The translations under genes were made by a program, and so were the position numbers. Shown piece by piece: positions 49,012-59,117 of a stretch of DNA of 64,000 nucleotides; positions within the stretch are counted from its first letter, which is position 1, and the number at the start of each line of letters is the position of its first letter. Source of the stretch: a virus (taxonomy: Duplodnaviria; Caudoviricetes). The notes under the pieces were generated by a model that saw only the letters and a program-made list of their open reading frames with translations, searched no databases and was not told where the DNA came from. Where the stretch lies: positions 63,206-127,205 of IMG/VR virus record IMGVR_UViG_3300002220_000189; one strand, given 5' to 3'.

Positions 49012-50472
49012 TTAATTTTTAACACAAATTATTCCTATATTAGCTCTTGGCCTCCATGTTGCAACTGTTGCATTATTTCCAGTAAATCCTGTTCCAGCTG
49101 ATCCTGTTATACCGTGATTATGTGGTTGACTACCACCTGTATAGCCTGTCTGTGGATAAGAATAAGATGACCAAGTATGTGTTCCAGCTGGTCCAGAACT
49201 CGAAGAATATCCAAGAAAAGTATAAGAATGTGCATGACTTGGCATCTGAGCTATCGTCAAAGTCAAATCTTGAGTTGTGTGAGTATGGCTCGGTCCTGTG
49301 TGTGCATGATCAGGCTGTGTCCATGTTCCTCCTTTGTTACCGCCTGCAACATCATATGCATTAGATCCACCTTTCACAGCAAGAACAGTGTCAGCTTCAG
49401 CAACAGTATCTATTGTCCATCCAGTAGGTGCAACATTCTGATAAAACCATGCCTTTGTTCCAGAAGGTAAATCACCAGCATCAACATATGTCTTAATAGC
49501 AGATTCTGATGCTAATTTAGTTGATGATGAACCTAAAGTAGTAGAAATTGCAGTTCCTGAAACACTACCATTGATAGTTGCTGAATTGATTATTGGACTT
49601 GTTAATGTTTTATTAGTAAATGTTAATGTAAGTGTTGGATTTGTCCAATAATCTACATATGACTTTATAGCATATTGAGTTGCTATTTTTGTTGTTGATG
49701 GTCCTGAACCACCTAAGTTAGTATCATTATCGACAGCAGTTCCTGTTATAGAAGTATTGATTGTTGGTGATCCGATAGTTCCACCATCTATTATTGGTGC
49801 TGTCAATGTCTTATTTGTAAGTGTCTGTGTATTTGTTGTACCTACTACAGCACCTGTTGCACCGTGAACAACAGTAAGTGCCGCATGTGATACATCAATA
49901 TAAGTCTTGACTGCCTTTTGTGTGGAAACCTTTGTATCTACTGGGCTTCCGCCACCCATAGCCGTATCTGTTGAAATTGCAGTACTTGCTGCAAATGAAG
50001 TTAAAACAATGTTAGTAAGTGTTGTTGCATCCATTGTTCCACTATTGATTGTAGGTGCTGTCAATGTCTTATTTGTAAGTGTCTGTGTATTTGTTGTACC
50101 TACTACAGCACCTGTTGCACCGTGAACAACAGTAAGTGCCGCATGTGATACATCAATATAAGTCTTGACTGCCTTTTGTGTGGAAATTCTACTATCTGAA
50201 TTAGCCGCTAATGTTCCATCAGCATCTAACATTACACCAGCTTTTAATGTATTACCACCTGTTCCATTCCATTGTGGTACATAATTATCAGTACTTGTTC
50301 CAGGTCCAAACATATTACTTACTGATTTCCATCCCACATTATCAGCATAATATATTAAATCATCACTCGTATTATATACTATGCGGCCTTCAAATGATGC
50401 CTGCCAAGTAGGTAATCCGGATACTCTTTGTATCCATAATGGGCCTTTAGAATCTATTTCATGAAATTCCAT
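49012..50472 (-). CDS. Tail fibre / virion structural protein
   Basis: Thr/Gly-rich; TQKAVKTY and QTLTNKTLT repeats; collar-like APTGW; LTIAQMPSHAH...QPHNH. Confidence 0.8.
   Translation of the reverse strand: MEFHEIDSKGPLWIQRVSGLPTWQASFEGRIVYNTSDDLIYYADNVGWKSVSNMFGPGTSTDNYVPQWNGTGGNTLKAGVMLDADGTLAANSDSRISTQKAVKTYIDVSHAALTVVHGATGAVVGTTNTQTLTNKTLTAPTINSGTMDATTLTNIVLTSFAASTAISTDTAMGGGSPVDTKVSTQKAVKTYIDVSHAALTVVHGATGAVVGTTNTQTLTNKTLTAPIIDGGTIGSPTINTSITGTAVDNDTNLGGSGPSTTKIATQYAIKSYVDYWTNPTLTLTFTNKTLTSPIINSATINGSVSGTAISTTLGSSSTKLASESAIKTYVDAGDLPSGTKAWFYQNVAPTGWTIDTVAEADTVLAVKGGSNAYDVAGGNKGGTWTQPDHAHTGPSHTHTTQDLTLTIAQMPSHAHSYTFLGYSSSSGPAGTHTWSSYSYPQTGYTGGSQPHNHGITGSAGTGFTGNNATVATWRPRANIGIICVKN
49796..50186. 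repeat. 133-bp perfect direct repeat (49796-49928 and 50054-50186) inside the fibre gene
   Basis: Identical nucleotide block encoding STQKAVKTYID...NKTLTAP. Confidence 0.88.
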
Positions 50473-50488
50473 ATTTTGAAAACTCCTA

Positions 50489-50908
50489 TTATAATATTAA
50501 ACCAATAACAATACCAACCACAATAATACCAAAGGCTTTAAGTATCTCATTTTGTAAACTTGGTTTAGCATCTTTTACTCTCTGGTCACATATTTTTTGT
50601 GCATCATTAATTAATTGTTTTTGTTCCTTGATAGTTCTTTCGGAAATATCAATCTTTTCAGATGTCAATATTTCTTTTTCTTTCAAACTTTCTATAATTT
50701 TCATTTGCTCTATATTTTCTTTTTTGATCTCTACTAGTATATCATTTACTATTCTACATTGATCTAACTCAACTATCATATCTCTTGCTGTTTCTGCTGA
50801 AAAGCATATTTTATCTTCAGCAAAAACTGAAAAACTAGTTAATAGTAGGATAACCAAGCTTATCAAAACGATCTTTAATTTCTTTTGTTGTAATAGGTTT
50901 TTGAACAT
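50489..50908 (-). CDS. Membrane protein (signal peptide, coiled coil, C-terminal TM); possible spanin partner
   Basis: Hydrophobic N- and C-terminal segments; overlaps the upstream gene. Confidence 0.45.
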   Translation of the reverse strand: MFKNLLQQKKLKIVLISLVILLLTSFSVFAEDKICFSAETARDMIVELDQCRIVNDILVEIKKENIEQMKIIESLKEKEILTSEKIDISERTIKEQKQLINDAQKICDQRVKDAKPSLQNEILKAFGIIVVGIVIGLIL

Positions 50909-51176
50909 TTTGTTTTTGTGCCTCCAACTTTTTTACTGTTACATTGATATCTTTTAGTATCTTTTCAGATGCTAAAATTCTATCATTCAAAATTTTTATT
51001 TTTTCATCCCTTATTTTTATATCAGCTTCATATTTTTCAGTAATTCTAATACTTTCTCTTCTTAAATAATCATCCAATACACTTTGCCTTGGAAATGAAT
51101 TAGCAATCCAAGAAACAACAACTAATACTAAAACAGAACCTAATATAATTAATGGAATTTTATATGCTTCTAACAT
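50835..51176 (-). CDS. Membrane-anchored coiled-coil protein (i-spanin-like)
   Basis: N-terminal TM plus coiled coil; late promoter upstream. Confidence 0.45.
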   Translation of the reverse strand: MLEAYKIPLIILGSVLVLVVVSWIANSFPRQSVLDDYLRRESIRITEKYEADIKIRDEKIKILNDRILASEKILKDINVTVKKLEAQKQNVQKPITTKEIKDRFDKLGYPTIN

Positions 51177-51195
51177 ATTAAAATACCTCTCTTAC

Positions 51196-51203
51196 TATTT
51201 ATA
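51196..51203 (-). promoter_or_regulatory. Late promoter TATAAATA
   Basis: Exact motif, intergenic. Confidence 0.6.
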
Positions 51204-51213
51204 TAAATGTAAA

Positions 51214-54200
51214 TCATATTCCATATTTTTCTTCTATCTGTTTTATTATATACTCTGGTGTGATACTTAATGTGCAGATAAAGTTTTTATTTTTTGGGCA
51301 CCAGAACCAATTTCCTCTATCAAACACTATATTATGATCATTAAAACAACCATGACATACATCAGTATTTATTATTCTTAAACAATCTTGCATTTCATGA
51401 TATGGTAAAGTCAATCCTGAAATCATTACTGTAGGAACTCCTAATGCCCATGCCAGCCATGTAGGACCTGAACTAATACCTATAAATAATTCAGAATGTG
51501 CTATATTAGTAATTGTTTTTTCAAGTGGTTTACCCGTTCTGTCAATAATATTCCTTAATTTTGTTCCATCTCTATTGATAACCATTACTTTATAACCCTT
51601 TTTATTATAATGATTTACAATCTGTTGCCATCCTTGAGAATAATTATAATATTTTGCCTGTAATGTAGAATGTTCAGCAATTGTTATATACTTTTCTTTT
51701 ATCGGTCTATCACCACTTACCACTAATTTAGGTTTTACTTCATGGTATTCAAGACCTAATATGTCACTTGCTGCTTGTTGTAATGGTATCAATCTCCAAT
51801 TATTTTTATTTCTATCATAGTTATTATCAGTAACACCCACAGAATATATTGCATGAATATAATCTAAACTCGTTCCGGGATTTATAAAAGTTAAATTAGG
51901 GTAACTATCTTTATCAAACATACGATTATGATGTGTTGATAAATATACCTTACAATTATGTTTTTTCTGGAATATATCAGCATAAGGCATCCATGCAACA
52001 GTATCACCTAACTGTTCACTATCCAATTCAATTATGACATTTTTATTTCTCAAATCAAAATTATAATCTGATATAATCTGATTATTAGAATGTCGTGTAA
52101 CTTGCACATTCCAATTTGTATAATATTGCCTACCATGAGCTACCCATGATGTACCATCTACTTTAATATTATCTTCATATACAAGAAATTTTGTATCATT
52201 ATCAATAAATTTTACATTGAATGTATCACTACTATATCCTGATATTTCACATCTTATTCCTCTATGAAATAAATGATTTATAGAAATATCTTCTTTTTTA
52301 TATTCACTTATTTGAGGTTCTTTTTTTGCTGACAAAATATTGAATATAATATGTCTATAGTAACAATTAAACGAATATCCTGAAAAATATTGTGATATCA
52401 AATTAGAATATATATTGTGCATCATACTAACACTAGTTTCTACATTTGGGAATTTTGATGCCAATCCTTCAAAATAATATACAACAATTTCTTTATATTC
52501 TTTATCTTTATAAAATCCTATTACTTTTTTTAGAAAATCAATATCTTTATCTGCATATATTAATATATAATCAAAATCATCATTAAATTCATTTATTCTC
52601 AAATCATAATCAAAATACAATTTTTTGAGTTCCGTAAAATCTCTATCTTCATTAATTGTAAATAAACCTATCTTGGTATATGGATCAGTATTCAACTCAC
52701 TCAATAAAAATGTGTTTGCTTCCTCATAAATCTTTTCATAATAATCTAATACGGTACCTTTTGGAATATCCTTTCTTTCAATACATATTTGATTTATATT
52801 CTTATGTTGTTTCCATTCTTCATCCGATAATGCTCTATGTGATATACCAGATAATCTTTTTCTGTAATTATACAAATTTCTCTTTATATTCAAATGATTA
52901 CCGTGTTCAGGTAGGATTGAAAAATGTAAACAGTCATTATTACATCCGCCATTATATTCATTTACAAAGAAATCAAGACCATCAATATTTTTATAACATC
53001 TTAAATGGCCCCAAATATGAAGGCTCTTCAATCCCCATAATTCTTCATGTGTATATGTTCTCCCTTCAAGAAAAGCGCCATAATTACCCTGAAATGACAT
53101 ACAACTCGGATTTAATATTCCACCATTAAATGTTTCATTATATGACACATTATCACATGACATTGATACAATATTATCATCTTTATATTCATTCAAAAGT
53201 CTATTATAAACTTCTAAAGCTCTTAAATTTACAACATCATCAGCATCAACTGTTATGATATAATCACATTCTGGAGAAATAAATCTTTGTGGTTGCCAGA
53301 ACATTTCCTTTTTGAAATTCTGTTTCACATAAATCATTTTAGAATATTTCTTACAGTAATACATCAACTTTTCTTTCGTATTATCCGTACTATCGTCATC
53401 TGTAACAAACCATACCCAATTTGTATAAGTCTGATTTATTACACTTTCTATAGTTTCGTCCATTACATCTGACACATTATAGAAAGTTGTGTTTATACCG
53501 AATTTGAACTTTATACTTTTATCAAACATAGATAATAACATATTAGAATCTTTATCAATATTACCAAATAACCAATGTATATTAGGATCGTCTCCAAAAT
53601 TTGTTCTTATAGTTTCAATATCAGAACATAAACAAGGAATATCATAACTTAGCGCTTCTTTCAAACTTATAGGATTGAGTTCTGCTTTAGACGGTAAAAT
53701 ATGAACATCAGCAATATTCAAGAAACTATCAACATCATCTCTTTCACCCCATAGAATACAATTCAGAGGTTTTTTAGGAAGTATTTTAGACCAATAATCT
53801 TTAAAATTATCTGCCATATTTCCTATAAAATGAAATTGAAAATTTTTATCCTCTAACATTTCAGCAATTTTGAAGGTATATCCCTGATTTTTATTCTCTG
53901 TAAACAATCCAACCTGAACTACATGAATTTTCTTCGGATCTAACTTTAATTTTTTTAAGTAAAAATCCTTATCCTGTTTCTTTTTAGGAGGTGCATATTC
54001 ATATAATTCCTTGTTTATATCAATAGCTCTATACGTTTTGAAATGATGTTTATTACAAAATACAAATTTGTCTGGTATAAATTGCTTATCTTTCGGATCA
54101 TATGTTGATGTATGTGACGTTTCATGAATAAAGTAATTTCTGAAACAACTATATATTTCCTTTTGTATATTTTCTGATAATGCCCAAAATAAGGTAGGTT

Positions 54201-56379
54201 CTTCCTGTAAATGTAGAATATCAGGCTTAAATTGATTAATTTCTTCAAGTAGTTTCTTATTATCTTCATATACTGCAATAAAATTCTTACCTAAAATTCT
54301 TATCATTTCATTTCTCTGAACAACATATGCGTCTCCAGAATACGAATTTTCTATAACAGCAACATTCAATCCTTTTTGAACATCATCTTTTATTTTCTCT
54401 AACACATATTTTGGCATACCACCAGTAGAAACATGAGGTAATAAATACATTACCTTATTAAGATTAATAAATTTTTTATTCAATAAATAAATAACATATA
54501 ATTTTACTTTTGTTGAACCACCACTTTTATAATATACATAAAAATCATCTGTTTTAAATTTCTTTATATAATCATCAATATTTTCACTAAATTCTAAATG
54601 TAATTCCATAACAACTTTTTTTACTCTATTCTTTATTATTTCAATATTTTCATCTTCAAATAAAAATACCTCAGCTCCTTCACAATCAATCTTTACCAAA
54701 TCAATAATTTCATCATTATATTCATTACATATATCTTCAAATGATATTGTAGTAGTAGTTACAGTATTTCCTTCTATTTCATTATATATTTTTTCTTTGA
54801 ATATTGTTTGTGCGCCGGAGTCTGCTGTTGTTGAAATATAAAAATCAATCTCATCACCTGAAGTAGAAAATAATGCTTTATTGATTATCTTCATTTTATC
54901 AAGATTATTTTTATTCAATATCATATTAAATTCATTTAATCTATTATCCGGTTCAATACAAATAAGATTTTCTACATTATTATGAAATGCCAGTAATGCA
55001 AAAAATCCAATATTAGAGCCTATATCAATACAATTTTTTACATTTTCAAATAATTTGGGTTTATAATACATTTCATCAATAAAAATTTCTTGATATATAT
55101 ACCAAGGAACATCTCTTATTTTATCTAAATCGTCTGATGTTAAATGTTTCAAATAACTACTTATTGGATATAACGTCTGAACATCAAATATCTGTTCATC
55201 ATATTCATTAGCAATACTAATTTTTATCTTAATCTTCTTAAAAAATAATGCTAATACATATGCAAAAAATATCCCAGATGGTCCTCCTAAGTGTATAATA
55301 TTATCACATATTTGAACATCACCATCTTTCTCTGATATACCATAAAGTTCTAAACGAATTTCACCACCCTTAAAAACTTCTAATGTAACTTTATGATTTT
55401 CAGTTTTATCATGTTTAAACAAATTTACTTTATTTCCAATCATTTCATTTCCTTTTAATATATAAGTCTTTACTAACTCATACTGCTCATCTGTAACTCT
55501 ACCATGTAAAAATTTTATATTATCTATATCTTGCTTTGCAGGAATTTTACAAAAATCATCCCAAAAATATCCTTTATCTTTGGGATGTGTATAACAATAA
55601 ATAAATTTCATAAAATCTTCTTTTGAAGTCATTTTATCATAAACATTTATCCAAGGCAAATTAATAGATATTTGCTTTAAATTATCATTTTTTCCATATT
55701 TCCATAATATAACATTTAATATTGTTTCATCATTGAATGCTGCATAATCTTTCCAGTTATTGATTATTCTCTTGTCATAACATAATTCTTCCCATTCCTT
55801 CAAAATATCTTTACAATTATTATTGAATAAGATTATATTCGATTGTTTGTAATTTTTCCTTATCTCAAAAGGTAATCCTAATAACTTAAATAATGGCGCC
55901 TCTAAACATCTTGTAATATCAAATACTTTATCATCTATCCAAGGATTGCCCTTACCATTATATATCATAAATTCATGAATATTTTCTCCTAATAATGGAT
56001 AATCGGTAAGTCTTGTCTTAAAATTAAATACATCATCACTTCTTTTAGTAGCAAGACAATCACCATCAACAAAACAATATGTATGATCCCCATTTTTAAG
56101 AACTTCATTACATATTTTAGATTTTATAAACAGCATATTAGCCCTTACTGTTTCTGTATTACCAAGGATTTTGCGGTCACTATCGGTATTTCTTTCAAAT
56201 TGTTTTATATTGAAGTTATATCTGATTGGAATTACATTCTTGAATTTTGATTTATAGGTAAAATTGATAGTATAATAATATACCATTTTGTTAGAAAACA
56301 TTATTAGTGTTTCAAACAACTTTTCCATTACTGGTAAATAATTTTTATCACTATGCACAACATAACAATCCATACACAT
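51214..56379 (-). CDS. Multidomain glycosylation enzyme: GT-A-like + FkbM methyltransferase + GT4 + GT2 + autotransporter O-heptosyltransferase-like
   Basis: FVDGD...FNDETILN; IDIGSNIG...KIDCEGAE; STGGMP...KNQ...ELNPISLKEA; VTDDDSTD...DADD; DSEQLGDTVAWMPY...IGISSG..WLAWA...CHGC...C...C. Confidence 0.82.
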   Translation of the reverse strand: MCMDCYVVHSDKNYLPVMEKLFETLIMFSNKMVYYYTINFTYKSKFKNVIPIRYNFNIKQFERNTDSDRKILGNTETVRANMLFIKSKICNEVLKNGDHTYCFVDGDCLATKRSDDVFNFKTRLTDYPLLGENIHEFMIYNGKGNPWIDDKVFDITRCLEAPLFKLLGLPFEIRKNYKQSNIILFNNNCKDILKEWEELCYDKRIINNWKDYAAFNDETILNVILWKYGKNDNLKQISINLPWINVYDKMTSKEDFMKFIYCYTHPKDKGYFWDDFCKIPAKQDIDNIKFLHGRVTDEQYELVKTYILKGNEMIGNKVNLFKHDKTENHKVTLEVFKGGEIRLELYGISEKDGDVQICDNIIHLGGPSGIFFAYVLALFFKKIKIKISIANEYDEQIFDVQTLYPISSYLKHLTSDDLDKIRDVPWYIYQEIFIDEMYYKPKLFENVKNCIDIGSNIGFFALLAFHNNVENLICIEPDNRLNEFNMILNKNNLDKMKIINKALFSTSGDEIDFYISTTADSGAQTIFKEKIYNEIEGNTVTTTTISFEDICNEYNDEIIDLVKIDCEGAEVFLFEDENIEIIKNRVKKVVMELHLEFSENIDDYIKKFKTDDFYVYYKSGGSTKVKLYVIYLLNKKFINLNKVMYLLPHVSTGGMPKYVLEKIKDDVQKGLNVAVIENSYSGDAYVVQRNEMIRILGKNFIAVYEDNKKLLEEINQFKPDILHLQEEPTLFWALSENIQKEIYSCFRNYFIHETSHTSTYDPKDKQFIPDKFVFCNKHHFKTYRAIDINKELYEYAPPKKKQDKDFYLKKLKLDPKKIHVVQVGLFTENKNQGYTFKIAEMLEDKNFQFHFIGNMADNFKDYWSKILPKKPLNCILWGERDDVDSFLNIADVHILPSKAELNPISLKEALSYDIPCLCSDIETIRTNFGDDPNIHWLFGNIDKDSNMLLSMFDKSIKFKFGINTTFYNVSDVMDETIESVINQTYTNWVWFVTDDDSTDNTKEKLMYYCKKYSKMIYVKQNFKKEMFWQPQRFISPECDYIITVDADDVVNLRALEVYNRLLNEYKDDNIVSMSCDNVSYNETFNGGILNPSCMSFQGNYGAFLEGRTYTHEELWGLKSLHIWGHLRCYKNIDGLDFFVNEYNGGCNNDCLHFSILPEHGNHLNIKRNLYNYRKRLSGISHRALSDEEWKQHKNINQICIERKDIPKGTVLDYYEKIYEEANTFLLSELNTDPYTKIGLFTINEDRDFTELKKLYFDYDLRINEFNDDFDYILIYADKDIDFLKKVIGFYKDKEYKEIVVYYFEGLASKFPNVETSVSMMHNIYSNLISQYFSGYSFNCYYRHIIFNILSAKKEPQISEYKKEDISINHLFHRGIRCEISGYSSDTFNVKFIDNDTKFLVYEDNIKVDGTSWVAHGRQYYTNWNVQVTRHSNNQIISDYNFDLRNKNVIIELDSEQLGDTVAWMPYADIFQKKHNCKVYLSTHHNRMFDKDSYPNLTFINPGTSLDYIHAIYSVGVTDNNYDRNKNNWRLIPLQQAASDILGLEYHEVKPKLVVSGDRPIKEKYITIAEHSTLQAKYYNYSQGWQQIVNHYNKKGYKVMVINRDGTKLRNIIDRTGKPLEKTITNIAHSELFIGISSGPTWLAWALGVPTVMISGLTLPYHEMQDCLRIINTDVCHGCFNDHNIVFDRGNWFWCPKNKNFICTLSITPEYIIKQIEEKYGI

Positions 56380-56418
56380 ATTCTCCTACTTTTTTAAATT
56401 GATTGTTTTAAATTATTT

Positions 56419-57675
56419 TTAAATCCGTAATTTTAGATTTTCGGAAATACCATTGAGTATTCTGAGTATTTCATTTGAACCACTAATATTTCGTATTTTT
56501 GTATTTATTATATTATACATTTCATAATTCAATAGAAATTGCTCTTTATTCAACAATAACATATAATATATCATATCTTTCCATACTCTTGGGATATTCA
56601 TAGAATTTTCAAACTGTCTTACTTCAGTATTTGTTTCCATATAATTTTTATCTTTATCGAATTTTTTAAAACTACTATTTGTTAGGGTTAGCCATCGTAA
56701 TGAAAATTCGATATTGTTATAATCTTTAATTTTATCAATAAATTTATCAAAACTTCTGATATCATCATCAATCAAATTATCCCATCCTAGTATTATAGAC
56801 AAATATACATTACATCCAGAATCTAATAAATATTTTAGTGTTTTTAAATATTCTTCTAATGTAATACCCTTTTTCATATACATTAACATTCTATCTGATA
56901 AAAATTCACCGCCAATTCTAAAACATAATCTTTGAGGGGTTTTAATTTCGTGAAAAAAAGATTTTAATTCTGTAATTTTATTACCACTTGCCCTCCAATA
57001 AAATGTGTGGTATATATTAGACTTTTCATTTATTATAGGAAGTAACAATTTGATATCTTCGGGAAGCATATCGGGTGAAGTATAATATGCAGTAAGTTTA
57101 TTATCTATATTTGGTATATTAGAATATGTATATACTGTATCACCTAAAAAAATGGGTGAAGAACAAAATATACATTTTCCCCAAAAACATGGCTTATTAA
57201 ACGATACTGAAAATAAAATATCAGAATTTGAAATATTATTTGGTATTTTTAACCCCCATTCTCTTTCATCATAGTTCTTAAAAATACTTCTAAGATTATC
57301 TATAACAATTTTAAAATTTTTTCTTTGTGGTAATAATAATGGATTCACAAATGCGTGAAATAAATATGCTGCTGGACCGCCAACAATAAAATCAACATCA
57401 GGTAATTCTAATGATGCTAAATATACATATACAGGCTCCATTTCAAAAATACATGAAACATACACCTTATCTGTGTTATATCTCTTAATGCTTTCTACTA
57501 ATATATTTTTAGGTATTGTTGGGTCCCACTTATCCATTACATATTTTTTATTGGCATTAACTGGAATCTGTATTAAATTTTCACATAAATTATATACTGT
57601 AGAAAATCCGTTGCTCAAATATATAGTGTCTTTATCGAGAGAATTATTATATCCTTCTACAAATAATTCTTTCAT
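56419..57675 (-). CDS. Radical SAM protein, cobalamin-binding-like architecture
   Basis: FIVGGP upstream of CFWGKCIFC; GGEFLSDRML..MKKG. Confidence 0.75.
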   Translation of the reverse strand: MKELFVEGYNNSLDKDTIYLSNGFSTVYNLCENLIQIPVNANKKYVMDKWDPTIPKNILVESIKRYNTDKVYVSCIFEMEPVYVYLASLELPDVDFIVGGPAAYLFHAFVNPLLLPQRKNFKIVIDNLRSIFKNYDEREWGLKIPNNISNSDILFSVSFNKPCFWGKCIFCSSPIFLGDTVYTYSNIPNIDNKLTAYYTSPDMLPEDIKLLLPIINEKSNIYHTFYWRASGNKITELKSFFHEIKTPQRLCFRIGGEFLSDRMLMYMKKGITLEEYLKTLKYLLDSGCNVYLSIILGWDNLIDDDIRSFDKFIDKIKDYNNIEFSLRWLTLTNSSFKKFDKDKNYMETNTEVRQFENSMNIPRVWKDMIYYMLLLNKEQFLLNYEMYNIINTKIRNISGSNEILRILNGISENLKLRI

Positions 57676-57676
57676 A

Positions 57677-58636
57677 TTATCCCCCTAAAATCAAATTAAT
57701 AAATTCATTTTTGAACGCATTATAATCAAATTTCAAATTAACGAATTTAGATATTTGTTCAGAAAGATTAGTATAATCTGGATTTTCTTTTAATAATTCT
57801 TCAATATTAATCAAAAAATCATCTACTTTATTACAACCAAAATAAAGACCTTCGGCCCAATCTATCCATGATGTATCAAATGATGTAGAATCTCTATCAT
57901 TAACAACCAATGGTATACAACCACAAAAAATAGCTTGTAATAATGACCAATTAAAGGGCTCCCATCCATTATGTGGTAAAACATAATATTTATATTCGTT
58001 AAATATTGATGAAACCATATTTAAAGGCACCTTATTCTTATATAATATATATTTATTGCTAAGAACTAACTTTCTGTATTTATCATCAACTTGTATAGGA
58101 AACCCCCCATAACAATCAATATAGAATTTATTCTTTTCAATAAATTCTTCTGAAAATTTATGTGGGGCTAAAGAACCAAGATAAAGTAATTCTTTTTTTC
58201 TCATATTCCAAGGTATCATTATTTTATATATTGAGGGATCAGTTGGTATATAAAATATTCTTATATTATCTGATGAAAACTTGAAATTATAATTGATAAT
58301 TATAATTAAATCAAAATATTTATAAATTATATCATTTATTTGACCACCATGAAAAATAAGTATCAATTTTGTGCTTGGTTTTACCGCTTTATATTCAATG
58401 GCAGAAATAATCAAATTATCAAAAGAATCATTGATTATAATCATTTCGGGTGCTATATCTTCTATTTTATTGAATAATTCAGTAACATTATATTGTTTAT
58501 TAATTTCTACTTTATCAATTTCATCACATTCGGCCATCCAATCAGAAAAAATATTACCTATATAACCTACTGAACAATCTAAATCATAATTAAGATATAC
58601 AATCTTCCTTTTTTTCATCTTTTTTATCATCCTCAT
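57677..58636 (-). CDS. Glycosyltransferase (GT4/GT-B-like)
   Basis: LLYLGSL.PHK...YYVLP...EPFNWSLLQAIFCGCIPLV. Confidence 0.7.
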   Translation of the reverse strand: MRMIKKMKKRKIVYLNYDLDCSVGYIGNIFSDWMAECDEIDKVEINKQYNVTELFNKIEDIAPEMIIINDSFDNLIISAIEYKAVKPSTKLILIFHGGQINDIIYKYFDLIIIINYNFKFSSDNIRIFYIPTDPSIYKIMIPWNMRKKELLYLGSLAPHKFSEEFIEKNKFYIDCYGGFPIQVDDKYRKLVLSNKYILYKNKVPLNMVSSIFNEYKYYVLPHNGWEPFNWSLLQAIFCGCIPLVVNDRDSTSFDTSWIDWAEGLYFGCNKVDDFLINIEELLKENPDYTNLSEQISKFVNLKFDYNAFKNEFINLILGG

Positions 58637-59117
58637 CTAAAAATTTTAGATAATATTTACTGATTTCAAATATTTGTGAATGGTGATTTTCTATGTGTTT
58701 CATTCTCTCAATTAAAACTAATATATTGGTTACCAATTCTATTGATGTTAAATGAAGTTTGAAGTATCTCTCAATAAGAACAATATCTTGTTTAATATCA
58801 TCATCTTGATATACAAGATTATTCCAATTATATAACAATAAGATATATGAATTTACAAACATTGAAAGTTTATCATCTATTGGTAAATTAAGAAAACATT
58901 TACCCAATAGTTTGATCGTATTTTTTATTCTATGTATTAATTTACCTTCGTCATCTGGATATATAATATCTAAACTTTCAATATTTTTTATATAATTATC
59001 ACTAACGTAATTGGCAACATCAACAAAATCTATAAATTCAGGTCCGCAAAATTCTATTAAGTTATAAGGTGGACTAGATATAACAACATCTCTATTTTTT
59101 ATAATTTCTTCTATCAT
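58590..59117 (-). CDS. Hypothetical protein in the radical SAM cluster
   Basis: ORF overlapping both neighbours. Confidence 0.55.
   Translation of the reverse strand: MIEEIIKNRDVVISSPPYNLIEFCGPEFIDFVDVANYVSDNYIKNIESLDIIYPDDEGKLIHRIKNTIKLLGKCFLNLPIDDKLSMFVNSYILLLYNWNNLVYQDDDIKQDIVLIERYFKLHLTSIELVTNILVLIERMKHIENHHSQIFEISKYYLKFLDEDDKKDEKKEDCIS

Noticed and set aside
49796-50186. Diversity-generating retroelement TR/VR pair
   Set aside because: The copies are identical with no adenine-specific mismatches, both are inside one ORF, and no reverse transcriptase is in the window
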